Assembly (NCBI GenBank): GCA_032718475.1
Contig: JAUCBJ010001290.1
Span: 1-45,676 of the forward strand
DNA length: 45,676 nt
Reading direction: 5' to 3'
From: Nemertoderma westbladi
Taxonomy: Eukaryota; Animalia; Xenacoelomorpha
Under the pieces are notes generated by a model. The model did no database searches. It was not told the DNA's origin and saw nothing but the letters and a program-made list of their open reading frames with translations. The first letter of the stretch is position 1; every line of letters starts with the position of its first letter. Position numbers and translations under genes: made by a program. Shown here piece after piece: positions 1 to 12,700 of the stretch.

Positions 1-568
1 GACTGACTGACTGACTGACTGACTGACTGACTGACTGACTGACTGACTGACTGACTGACTGACTGACTGACTGACTGACTGACTGACTGACTGACTGACT
101 GACTGACTGACTGACTGACTGACTGACTGACTGACTGACTGACTGACTGACTGACTGACTGACTGACTGACTGACTGACTGACTGACTGACTGACTGACT
201 GACTGACTGACTGACTGACTGACTGACTGACTGACTGACTGACTGACTGACTGACTGACTGACTGACTGACTGACTGACTGACTGACTGACTGACTGACT
301 GACTGACTGACTGACTGACTGACTGACTGACTGACTGACTGACTGACTGACTGACTGACTGACTGACTGACTGACTGACTGACTGACTGACTGACTGACT
401 GACTGACTGACTGACTGACTGACTGACTGACTGACTGACTGACTGACTGACTGACTGACTGACTGACTGACTGACTGACTGACTGACTGACTGACTGACT
501 GACTGACTGACTGACTGACTGACTGACTGACTGACTGACTGACTGACTGACTGACTGACTGACTGACT
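1..568 (+). repeat. (GACT)n tetranucleotide microsatellite, 142 perfect units, running off the window start
   Basis: Uninterrupted gact repeats from 1 to 568, followed by aatctacagccaaaactact. Confidence 0.99.
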
Positions 569-2002
569 AATCTACAGCCAAAACTACTCTAACGATTTTT
601 ATGAAATTTCCACAGCGGCTAGATACCGCGATTCTAAGGTCCCTGGTATGTTCCGCTATTTCGTCCATGAGCCGTGGGCTCGAAAAATAGACATAAACGA
701 AAAAACGCCATAGGCGCAATGGTAAAATAACACCCATGACAGCTGGTGTCGTGATGAAAAATGGCTTATGTAATGCATTTCTACAGAAGGCTTAGTAATA
801 AATCGATGAGGTTGCCAAGATTATTATACTCAGTACACCCATACTGTTTGTATAGGCCACCACTCTCTGTCAAAGCAAACATTATTAACTGGTTGGTTTA
901 GTTTGAAATCTAATATCGCCTCAGCTGAATTACTCTTCCCAATGCAATCTATGGGAATATCTCACTCTGCTAATGTAAGCTGAATGACTGTTACGTACAC
1001 AGTGAGTTGGCTACATTAATGCCAACATTATTGCAAAATGTTTTATTGTTGGATTACTCTCTGTCAGTCACCCCTTCAGAACAGTGTATAGGGAATTTAC
1101 TTTAGTTTACTCTACTGTGCCATTCAGCTGAATGGATTTGAGCGATTGCCAAGTACAGAGTTGGATCATTCTCTGACCATAGGCAAAGACATCAAATCTT
1201 TTTAAAAATATACTTTTTCCATGTTTTTTTTTCTGACCAAAAATTTCAAAAAAAATTTTTCGTAGCCAGTACTGCCAATCGATTCGCCATCAAAAATAAC
1301 GCAAAAAATTTTTTTTGCAAAATTTTAAACTACTGTAAATTTTTGGCGACTGGGGGGGGGTCAATTTTTTTCGATCCGCTATAACTCCGGAACGCTTTGT
1401 CCAAATTCGATGGGGTTTTCATTTTTCAACTTAATTAGATGTCCTCTTTCAGCCTATCCATGTTTCCAAACCCCAAACAGCGCCGTTCAAAAAATAATTT
1501 TTTCCAGTTCTAGAATTTTACAAATTTCAAAAAAGTTGCAGTATTTTATTAACGCCTTTACGGAATTCGATAGCGTTTTCGATTTTTATATTAAACGCAA
1601 TATCCTGAATCTCACTAGCCTAGTTTCGCGTCACCAACGCCAAGACTTCATACTTTTTGAGGAAAATTTTTCTAGAATAATTTTTATTTAATTACATTAT
1701 TTATCGCGATTTCTTATTACTGGTTGCACATGAATTGATGGAGTTTTCAATTTATTAACTAAACACGATATCGCGCATCGCACCAGCGTGGTTTCGAAAT
1801 TCCAAAACGAGGTCTTCACTATAGTTGCAGGTCGATTTTGTTCTAGAATTGAGTAACTAATAATAGATCGAATTTATTAATAATTATTGTATGAAATATG
1901 ATTGTATTTTTACATAATTATTAGTTCTATAATAATTCTCGTTGTCTCTTTTATTTGAAATAAAAAGTCGGTTCCTTATCGGGCCGCTAGGCCCGTCACT
2001 AG
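1..2002 (+). mobile_element. Non-autonomous Helitron (Lep1-like architecture); 5' end lies outside the window
   Basis: The 3' end has a GC hairpin CGGGCC-gcta-GGCCCG (1980-1995), then CTAG (1999-2002) and a host T. The (GACT)n tract is followed by acagccaaaactactctaacgatttttatgaaattt, resembling the post-microsatellite block of microsatellite-bearing Helitrons. Confidence 0.7.
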
Positions 2003-2546
2003 TATATTATTGGTTGAGTGTACATGTGGAAACATCAGGCCACCCCATATTGTATTGTGATTAGATACCTACAGGTGGCAACATTCCAATATTCTGTTAC
2101 CGCCAATAAGAGAAAGGGAAATTAGCTAAAAGCAAACAAACCCCATTAATCTGCTGCCCATAACCAAAGTTATTGGCAAGCAGAACCAATAGGAAACTGC
2201 CAAGCCAATCCCTCTCCTCTCTCTAGTAGGTAGGATATACCGAGTGTTACCGTGAAGTATAGTTCAGTGTTGCAATACCCATAGTTCTTTGTGCATCACT
2301 TTGGGCTCGGACCTTGAGCTTATTACTGGTTACTGTTTAATAACCGTGTTATATTGATATTATACATGGAAGAAAAGATAAGGAGCTAGTTTTCCCCAAA
2401 GTCCAGGTCAGGAACCATCATCTGTCTCCCACAGCAGTAAAAACAGGCCCCTAATCTCAGTGACACTGTATTACACCCCCCCCCCCCCCCCCCCCCCCCC
2501 CTCGGTATCCGGACAAGACTCCAAGACCCAGCCGGTTACCATGACA

Positions 2547-2696
2547 TGGTGACCTCTGGGTTGGAAGTCTGACGCTCTAACCATTCAGCAAGCGGTTCAG
2601 GTAAAAGATAGACCTGCAAATACTATCTGATACAGTACCTTGTATGTCCGCAATTTACCTCCTCATGGCCTCGATACCATCATATGCTGTCACTGT
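2547..2696 (-). repeat. tRNA-containing repeat, truncated copy 1 (inverted relative to 4181-4342)
   Basis: Its reverse complement aligns with 4181-4342 (acagtg.cagcatatgatggtat...caggtctatcttttacctga.ccgct.gctgaatggttagagcgtcagacttccaaccc.gaggtcacca). Confidence 0.85.
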
Positions 2697-3224
2697 ATAG
2701 TAGTAGTACCTTTTAAACACAGATATACCGGAACATTTTTATAACACTCAAAGACCACAACTGATAACTGATAATAATTTTATTTTTCCTCATATATAAC
2801 AATTTAATTATAACACTTGAAATAAATTTATGGTTAATTGAGATAATATGGGACAAAGTAGAAAAAAACGATAAAGAACCATTGAAGAACAATAATAAAG
2901 AACCAAGTTAACTAACTTTTAATATTATGCTATACTGAGGACTGGCGTGTAGCTTGAACAGCTCGAAAGGTAGCTAGTGGATCGCAGTCACGGGGGGGGG
3001 GGGGGGGGATGCTGCAGTGCCCACTTCTATAGGTAATAATGATACACAATGTAACATAGTACTGTAATATGAATATTAATCAAATACGCACTTATATAAT
3101 ATAAAATAGTATTATCTGTACATCGAGGAATAATTAGAACTCTGAGGGATATAATTACTGCTTTCGAGTTAATGAGGGATGGACTAATTGTGTTTATGTA
3201 TGGAATACTATTAATAAATAGGTT

Positions 3225-3930
3225 GAGCGTCACAGATAGGATCCAAGTGATGAACCCCTTTGGGACTCAACGTGACACCGCGGCCGGGATGTAAAACAAA
3301 CTTGAAACCCCGAGATCAATGGATACCACGCCCCAATGCGGGACCACCCGGAAACCAAAGTTTACCAAAAACCGGAGGCTAATAAAATGCCAATTCGCTA
3401 CTCCAGTGGTTACGATAAGAATATTTCAATTTCAATATATATATTTATATATTATATTATTATATATTATATATTTATTTATATTTCAAAATTTCATTAG
3501 TCAGTATGTCGGTACATTCAATTACGATAAGAATATGTTAGAATCAGTCGTACGAGCCCAACTTCTCCGCTTCTACAGACTCTCGAGTACCCCCTGGACA
3601 TACCACAGAACCAAAGTAGACTACCTGAACCTTTGCGCGACACACATCCACAATCCCGACCATGATCCATCCGAACCACAAGGGAACCACCCCTGTAAAT
3701 CCCGACAGTGCCTTACATGCGCCGAGATCCAAACTGATACGGAGAGCCCCCTGGCGGATACTATAAGCAACTCTTTTGACTGTAAAACACATAACGTTTT
3801 ATATAATCTAAAATGTCTCAATAATTTCATTTTACGTCGGAGAAACCCAGCAGCGCATTCATGCCCGCACACGAACGCACATCGCCGCAATATCAGGGAA
3901 ACGGGAAAGGGAAATACAGTGAATAACGTA
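3225..3930 (+). mobile_element. Penelope-like retroelement remnant (RT thumb plus GIY-YIG endonuclease), frameshifted and deleted
   Basis: Removing the 3425-3536 insertion restores HPETKVYQKPEANKMPIRYSSGYDKNMLESVVRAQLLRFYRLSS (Penelope RT T.vY.KP and thumb motifs). This is followed by the Cys linker PCKSRQCLTC, then FDCKTHNVLYNLKC and, after frameshifts, FYVGETQQRIHAR / NAHRRNI (GIY-YIG). Confidence 0.85.
3410..3536 (-). mobile_element. 97-bp 5'-truncated non-LTR retroposon tail with a 15-bp TSD
   Basis: TTACGATAAGAATAT is duplicated at 3410-3424 and 3522-3536. The insert is AT-rich and ends in attgaaattgaa on the - strand. Confidence 0.8.
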
Positions 3931-4180
3931 TGAAGTATTCAGTATCGGGTTTTCGAAGATTCACATCCCACCTTAGACGTCTAGTCACTACGTCCAGCAA
4001 TTTATATACCCCCCCCCGGTATGGGGGCCGAAATGCGTATCGGATTAAAAGAAACAAAAATACTTTTTTACAACCCGGCGGCGAAGACCCTCATAGACCA
4101 ATTTAATCCTTACATAATTGAAACGCCCCGAAAAAACGTTATTCCGGTTGTAGGGTTATAAGGGACTATAACGGTTGAGC

Positions 4181-4440
4181 ACAGTGGCAGCATATGATGG
4201 TATTGGAAGATGGGAGGCCATGAGGACGTAAATCGCGGACATGCGGACATACAAGGTATCAGGTAGTATTTCCAGGTCTATCTTTTACCTGAGCCGCTAG
4301 CTGAATGGTTAGAGCGTCAGACTTCCAACCCGGAGGTCACCAGTTCGATCCCACCTGGACGTCATTTCCGACTTTTTGCAAAAGCTGTGCCCAACAAAAA
4401 GTTATAAAAGTCATGTGTTGCGTAGGAAATAATCAACCAG
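4181..4440 (+). repeat. tRNA-containing repeat, copy 2 (pseudo-tRNA core at 4291-4364)
   Basis: A-box-like TAGCTGAATGG, B-box-like GTTCGATCC and a ctTCCaa loop are present, but the stems pair poorly. A T5 run follows the core. Confidence 0.7.
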
Positions 4441-4448
4441 AATTACGA

Positions 4449-4727
4449 ATAAGAATGGTGTAAGTGTGTCATCCTGAAGGACTCCCCATAAGAATGGTGT
4501 AAGTGTGTCATCCTGAAGGACTCCCCATAAGAATGGTGTAAGTGTGTCATCCTGAAGGACTCCCCATAAGAATGGTGTAAGTGTGTCATCCTGAAGGACT
4601 CCCCATAAGAATGGTGTAAGTGTGTCATCCTGAAGGACTCCCCATAAGAATGGTGCAAGTGTGTCATCCTGAAGGACTCCCCATAAGAATGGTGTAAGTG
4701 TGTCATCCTGAAGGACTCCCCATAAGA
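4449..4727 (+). repeat. 39-bp tandem repeat, 7 copies (ataagaatggtgtaagtgtgtcatcctgaaggactcccc)
   Basis: Units start at 4449, 4488, 4527, 4566, 4605, 4644 and 4683, with one substitution overall. The array is bounded by ataaga microhomology. Confidence 0.98.
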
Positions 4728-4849
4728 CTTCGAATGGATCTGTGTCACCATCAGCAGTAGTATCAGCAATACATCATCAGCAATATACTATCGTATATTT
4801 TTTAAGGGCCAACTACAATTATTAATTAATCGATAGATACCACCTTATT

Positions 4850-5300
4850 GTATTAGATATTGGGTTTATGTTTCCGATTACAAGTTTACAACGAAATTAA
4901 TCGACTTTGCAAACCCGCTTTATAACAACGAATTTTACTATCAGCTTGAACTAAAATGTAATTGTTTTAACGTTGTTGAACGTTTGAGATTCGGATCATC
5001 TCTCTGTAATTAAACTTAATTTGATATAATCCAGATGTATAGCTTTGATAATTACTTCTTCAGCTCTACCTGATTATTCTTTATAGTGTTCTACTATAAA
5101 ATATTTCCTGAACTTTAAAATCCAAGTTAATTTTCTGAGAAGCGCCACCTTGAGGTTTGATGCAGAACACTATAGCAACTTCTTCAATGATGGTTTGTTT
5201 CTGCATCTATGATCGAGACAGACATACGACTTTGGCGTTCCGTCATTCGCTACATTCCTACTTTACAAACCATCGTCATTAATTAACCGTTCCACCTAAA
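4850..5300 (-). mobile_element. Possible highly decayed BEL/Pao pol fragment
   Basis: Broken - strand frames give RAEEVIIKAIH, LKQLHF and ADSKIRC in the order expected between RNase H and integrase of BEL/Pao Pol, with many stops. Confidence 0.25.
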
Positions 5301-6535
5301 TGCTTATTGTGGTAGATTGCTGAGATCCTCAGAATCTTGTATTTTTGATTTCCTATTTATTAATGACTCAATAGAATATCAATAAAATGAGAATCAATAC
5401 AATATATTGATAGGACGTTGTATTGTAAGATAATATTCATCGTCATTGAATTGTTCACATGTGTATCAAGTGTCTCAGGCTGACTGTTTGATAAGCATAT
5501 CAAAACAAAACAAAAAAAACAATGCGTAATATTTTCTATATCTAGTATCTATAGAAATCTTAGACTAGACTGGGCCAAAAGCAAAATATTTGAGAGTTTT
5601 CATTTATGTTAGTCAAAGTGTTCCTTGTCATGCCAATATACATTTATTGCAAAAAAGTAATACCGAGAGGTATCACAAACACCTTAAAACAGTTCGCACC
5701 AAAGCGACACAGTGTGCGACAACCTCATAAACTCTATTTTCGTGTTGACCAACTTCTTGTAAACGTAAAATACTAATCGTAGTCTCGCAATGTCGATCCA
5801 GAGACATGATTAAGTTCTAAAGATATTGCTCAATAGGGTTTATGTCATGTTCAGCTCAAAATAATCGCTTCAAATAGATACATGCAAATCCACTAAAATG
5901 ATACTATTTATACTACTTAGTCAATAATAGACTCATTTAGTTCGCAATGATGGTTGAGTAGTTGAGTCAGAATGGTTGAGTCAGTTGCCCAATAGTTTAA
6001 AGTAAAATGGCACTTTCCCAATAGGTCACTTGTCCAATACATTCATTTTAATAAGAAAATTAATTAGGTTTATGAATTTATTTTAGATGGTGTTTCAAAA
6101 ACTTGTCACGAATCACTATGCGAGTAATAGATTTAAATAATTCCTTCTGCATTAAAAGTCAGTGTATGTGTTTTACATACGGTATATGGACGGTAAAGGT
6201 AAAGCCAATGGTTGAAGCAAACAGAGACCATATCCCATGTTGGATTATTCGGAAGTCTGACTTCGATGTGCAAAAGTGACGGGTCAAAACACTTCCACTG
6301 AATACCACCTCTATATCAGAAACAACCTCAATAGCACATCCTTTGAAATTTAATATTTATAATGTTAAAAGTAACGCACTGAATTATTACATAGTTAAAT
6401 TACTTTTAATATTCACCTTCAAATTAAATACCCCTAACCCAAAAAAATAATTTAGTTATACAATGAAATGTGAACTTTCAATTCATGCATGTTCAGGTTT
6501 ACATTCTATTCAATCTCTTCGTTCACATACATCTT

Positions 6536-7555
<1,020 letters not shown>

Positions 7556-9188
7556 CTATTACCAACGGTTTTAAAATTAAAAATTAGAGAAACGTTTAAG
7601 TTGTGCCTACATAAATAATAAATAAGTAAGTGATATATGAAATATATGAAATATAATGGCTACAAAACTTTAAACGAAGTGAACGAAGAGCAACCCGTTT
7701 TCTTTTGTGGAACATGTCTTGGATCATTTTAATTTCATAAAAAAAACGTCAACCAACAACCAATTCAAGGAACATATCCATAATTTAGCTGAATATAATA
7801 TGACATAAAGTTTGAAATAAAGTACTGTACTATTTAACTTTATGACATAGGTATGTATGCGACTGCACAATAATGCCTCATATTCCAACAGTGAGGTGTT
7901 TCCTAACTGTGATTAATTTTGAAAGTGGTTGCACTTATTGAAATGGAAAGATAACAAGCTTACACAAAGGAGGTGTAGTGGGGTCTGGTTTGTCAACAAC
8001 ATTGTCTCGATACCTATAATGACATTTAAAACGACAACACAATAATATCCTTTAAACGCAATTAGATGCATATGTTGGATTTTATGTCGATACTTTTTTT
8101 CACAAAAAGTGCTTGGACTGCGCTAGTGCCTCCCAATAAGTTATATGGAACTGCAGTTATATATGCTACAATGATGCTACGATTGACAAAATGTATGTTT
8201 CCTTGAAGTTAATAACAAGATCAACTAGATCAACAAGAATACTCCAATGAACTGATAAGTCATCGGGCACAATCAGAATCTAAATAGACTCTAAGGTCCC
8301 ACGACCTTTACAAAACCCATTCTACAATAGTTACACGAAGCAGTCTCTCAATGGGATCCCTGGTGCGATTTAATATAATTATATTTTATAGCTTTACAGT
8401 AATCGAGATGAACTACAGTAGATTCCACAAAAAAAATAGAAAATGTGTTAGGTTGCCCTTCTTGGGAACTGGGACCAAATTATTAGTTTTAATTTCTTAT
8501 GGTGCATTTTTTGTCCTGTACATGTCCACAATAATGGGGTGGGAGTGAATTAGCTCCAAACACTGAACATTCGCCCACAGGTAATCATCACCCACTAATT
8601 ACCATTTAAGGGAAAGGAGCATGTTACAGTGGCATGTAATTCTAAACAACACAATGGTGTCAATTCATGGCAGTTTCATTTTTTGCCATAATAAGCTACA
8701 CAAAACCTGTATTAAAGTAGTAATTATTTATTAGGGCCTACGGGTTAGGCTTGCTGCAAACATTGATGACGAATCCCGACTTTAATCTACTAACCATGGC
8801 CATCCATAACCATGGAACCCAGTGCAGTGTAAGGACCAACATAATTTCATTGCAATCCAGTGCATTAATACACTGCAGGTGAACAACAGGTATGATTGAG
8901 TCCCTTGCCACCGAGGCAGCAGATCTCTGCGGGGGCTATACTGCCTTCACAGGGGCAGTTAAGGCAGCTGATGGATGGAGAGACAGTTCCTATACGACAC
9001 CCTCAAAACGTAATAAATGCACTCTGGACAGATAATAGAATTCGAAACAGCCGACTGGACCTCACTAAGGCATAGAATGAGTCCCGGCTCAAGCCGACTA
9101 AGTCGGCCAAGGATCCAGTTAAAGCTGCATCTAGGCATTATTACTGTTTTACTGTTACAATCTACAGGAGCCTAGCCTATATATCAAC

Positions 9189-9242
9189 CATGGACTTCTA
9201 GAATGTTATTTATGGTATAAATTAATATTCTAGAAGTCCATG
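9189..9242. mobile_element. 54-bp palindromic P-superfamily-like miniature element with a 7-bp TSD
   Basis: Perfect 16-bp terminal inverted repeat CATGGACTTCTAGAAT / ATTCTAGAAGTCCATG, with TATCAAC at 9182-9188 and 9243-9249. Confidence 0.85.
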
Positions 9243-9700
9243 TATCAACAGGCTAATGCAAACAATGTTTCTGTTTATATAGTCAATAATGACAGAATAA
9301 ATTTAAATATACAAGAAAGTACGCAATTTTAGTAGAAAGTACGCAACATTAAAATTGCCTAATCGTGAATGAGTCGTTAAAATTACATTAATATAACTAT
9401 TACATATTATACTAACAGGATGATATAAAGGGATACTGCTGATGTGTACTGCAGTTTGGATATATAACAACATTCCAGCAGCTTAGTAAAACAAACCATT
9501 GATTCTTTTTCATTGATTCATATTCTACATTGCGGCTATAGGCGTGCTTGGAATCTCTCTTCATGATAAATGTGTATATTACATAGAATACATACACTGT
9601 TACCCACTATGTATAATTAAAAAAAAATCGATATGTGTTGTTTTATGGGCCGAGCAACAAGCAACAGTAGCAATTTAGAAATTAATGTACTGTAGCAATT

Positions 9701-12700
9701 TTGTATGTAACTCTCTTGCAATGTATATCTCATATATTGTTGTATGTAACTCTCTTGCAATGTATATCTCATATATTGTTGTATGTAACTCTCTTGCAAT
9801 GTATATCTCATATATTGTTGTATGTAACTCTCTTGCAATGTATATCTCATATATTGTTGTATGTAACTCTCTTGCAATGTATATCTCATATACTGTTGGA
9901 TGTAACTCTCTTGCAATGTATATCTCATATATTGTTGTATGTAACTCTCTTGCAATGTATATCTCATATATTGTTGTATGTAACTCTCTTGCAATGTATA
10001 TCTCATATATTGTTGTATGTAACTCTCTTGCAATGTATATCTCATATATTGTTGTATGTAACTCTCTTGCAATGTATATCTCATATATTGTTGTATGTAA
10101 CTCTCTTGCAATGTATATCTCATATATTGTTGTATGTAACTCTCTTGCAATGTATATCTCATATACTGTTGGATGTAACTCTCTTGCAATGTATATCTCA
10201 TATATTGTTGTATGTAACTCTCTTGCAATGTATATCTCATATTTTGTTGTATGTAACTCTCTTGCAATGTATATGTCATATATTGTTGTATGTAACTCTC
10301 TTGCAATGTATATCTCATATATTGTTGTATGTAACTCTCTTGCAATGTATATCTCATATATTGTTGTATGTAACTCTCTTGCAATGTATATCTCATATTT
10401 TGTTGTATGTAACTCTCTTGCAATGTATATGTCATATATTGTTGTATGTAACTCTCTTGCAATGTATATCTCATATATTGTTGTATGTAACTCTCTTGCA
10501 ATGTATATCTCACATTTTGTTGTATGTAACTCTCTTGCAATGTATATCTCATATATTGTTGTATGTAACTCTCTTGCAATGTATATCTCATATATTGTTG
10601 TATGTAACTCTCTTGCAATGTATATCTCATATTTTGTTGTATGTAACTCTCTTGCAATGTATATCTCATATTTTGTTGTATGTAACTCTCTTGCAATGTA
10701 TATCTCATATATTGTTGTATGTAACTCTCTTGCAATGTATATCTCATATATTGTTGTATGTAACTCTCTTGCAATGTATATCTCATATTTTGTTGTATGT
10801 AACTCTCTTGCAATGTATATCTCATATTTTGTTGTATGTAACTCACTTGCAATGTATATCTCATATTTTGTTGTATGTAACTCTCTTGCAATGTATATCT
10901 CATATTTTGTTGTATGTAACTCCCTAGGAATGTATATCTCATATATTGTTGTATGTAACTCTCTTGCAATGTATATCTCATATATTGTTGTATGTAACTC
11001 TCTTGCAATGTATATCTCATATATTGTTGTATGTAACTCTCTTGCAATGTATATCTCATATATTGTTGTATGTAACTCTCTTGCAATATATATGTCATAT
11101 ATTGTTGTATGTAACTCTCTTGCAATGTATATGTCATATATTGTTGTATGTAACTCTCTTGCAATGTATATCTCATATATTGTTGTATGTAACTCTCTTG
11201 CAATGTATATCTCATATATTGTTGTATGTAACTCTCTTGCAATGTATATCTCATATTTTGTTGTATGTAACTCTCTTGCAATGTATATCTCATATATTGT
11301 TGTATGTAACTCTCTTGCAATGTATATCTCATATATTGTTGTATGTAACTCCCTAGGAATGTATATCTCATATATTGTTGTATGTAACTCTCTTGCAATG
11401 TATATCTCATATATTGTTGTATGTAACTATCTTGCAATGTATATCTCATATTTTGTTGTATGTAACTCTCTTGCAATGTATATCTCATATTTTGTTGTAT
11501 GTAACTCACTTGCAATGTATATCTCATATTTTGTTGTATGTAACTCTCTTGCAATGTATATCTCATATATTGTTGTATGTAACTCTCTTGCAATGTATAT
11601 CTCATATTTTGTTGTATGTAACTCTCTTGCAATGTATATGTCATATATTGTTGTATGTAACTCTCTTGCAATGTATATCTCATATATTGTTGTATGTAAC
11701 TCTCTTGCAATGCATATCTCATATTTTGTTGTATGTAACTCTCTTGCAATGTATATCTCATATTTTGTTGTATGTAACTCACTTGCAATGTATATCTCAT
11801 ATTTTGTTGTATGTAACTCTCTTGCAATGTATATCTCATATATTGTTGTATGTAACTCTCTTGCAATGTATATCTCATATTTTGTTGTATGTAACTCTCT
11901 TGCAATATATATGTCATATATTGTTGTATGTAACTCTCTTGCAATGTATATTTCATATTTTGTTGTATGTAACTCTCTTGCAATGTATATGTCATATATT
12001 GTTGTATGTAACTCTCTTGCAATGTATATCTCATATATTGTTGTATGTAACTCTCTTGCAATGTATATCTCATATACTGTTGTATGTAACTCTCTTGCAA
12101 TGTATATCTCATATATTGTTGTATGTAACTCTCTTGCAATGTATATCTCATATTTTGTTGTATGTAACTCTCTTGCAATGTATATGTCATATATTGTTGT
12201 ATGTAACTCTCTTGCAATGTATATCTCATATATTGTTGTATGTAACTCTCTTGCAATGTATATCTCATATATTGTTGTATGTAACTCTCTTGCAATGTAT
12301 ATCTCATATTTTGTTGTATGTAACTTTCTTGCAATGTATATGTCATATATTGTTGTATGTAACTCTCTTGCAATGTATATCTCATATATTGTTGTATGTA
12401 ACTCTCTTGCAATGTATATCTCACATTTTGTTGTATGTAACTCTCTTGCAATGTATATCTCATATATTGTTGTATGTAACTCTCTTGCAATGTATATCTC
12501 ATATATTGTTGTATGTAACTCTCTTGCAATGTATATCTCATATTTTGTTGTATGTAACTCTCTTGCAATGTATATCTCATATTTTGTTGTATGTAACTCT
12601 CTTGCAATGTATATCTCATATATTGTTGTATGTAACTCTCTTGCAATGTATATCTCATATATTGTTGTATGTAACTCTCTTGCAATGTATATCTCATATA

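Noticed and set aside
3319-3933. 204-aa membrane protein gene
   Set aside because: It is a chimera of Penelope frames and an AT-rich insertion.
4291-4364. Functional tRNA-Gly(TCC)
   Set aside because: The acceptor, anticodon and T stems do not pair properly, and it is part of a repeat.
4700-4750. Hammerhead ribozyme in the Penelope-adjacent repeat
   Set aside because: CTGAAGG...CGAAT departs from the CUGANGA...GAAA core at essential positions and the stems are unconvincing. At most it is a decayed relic.
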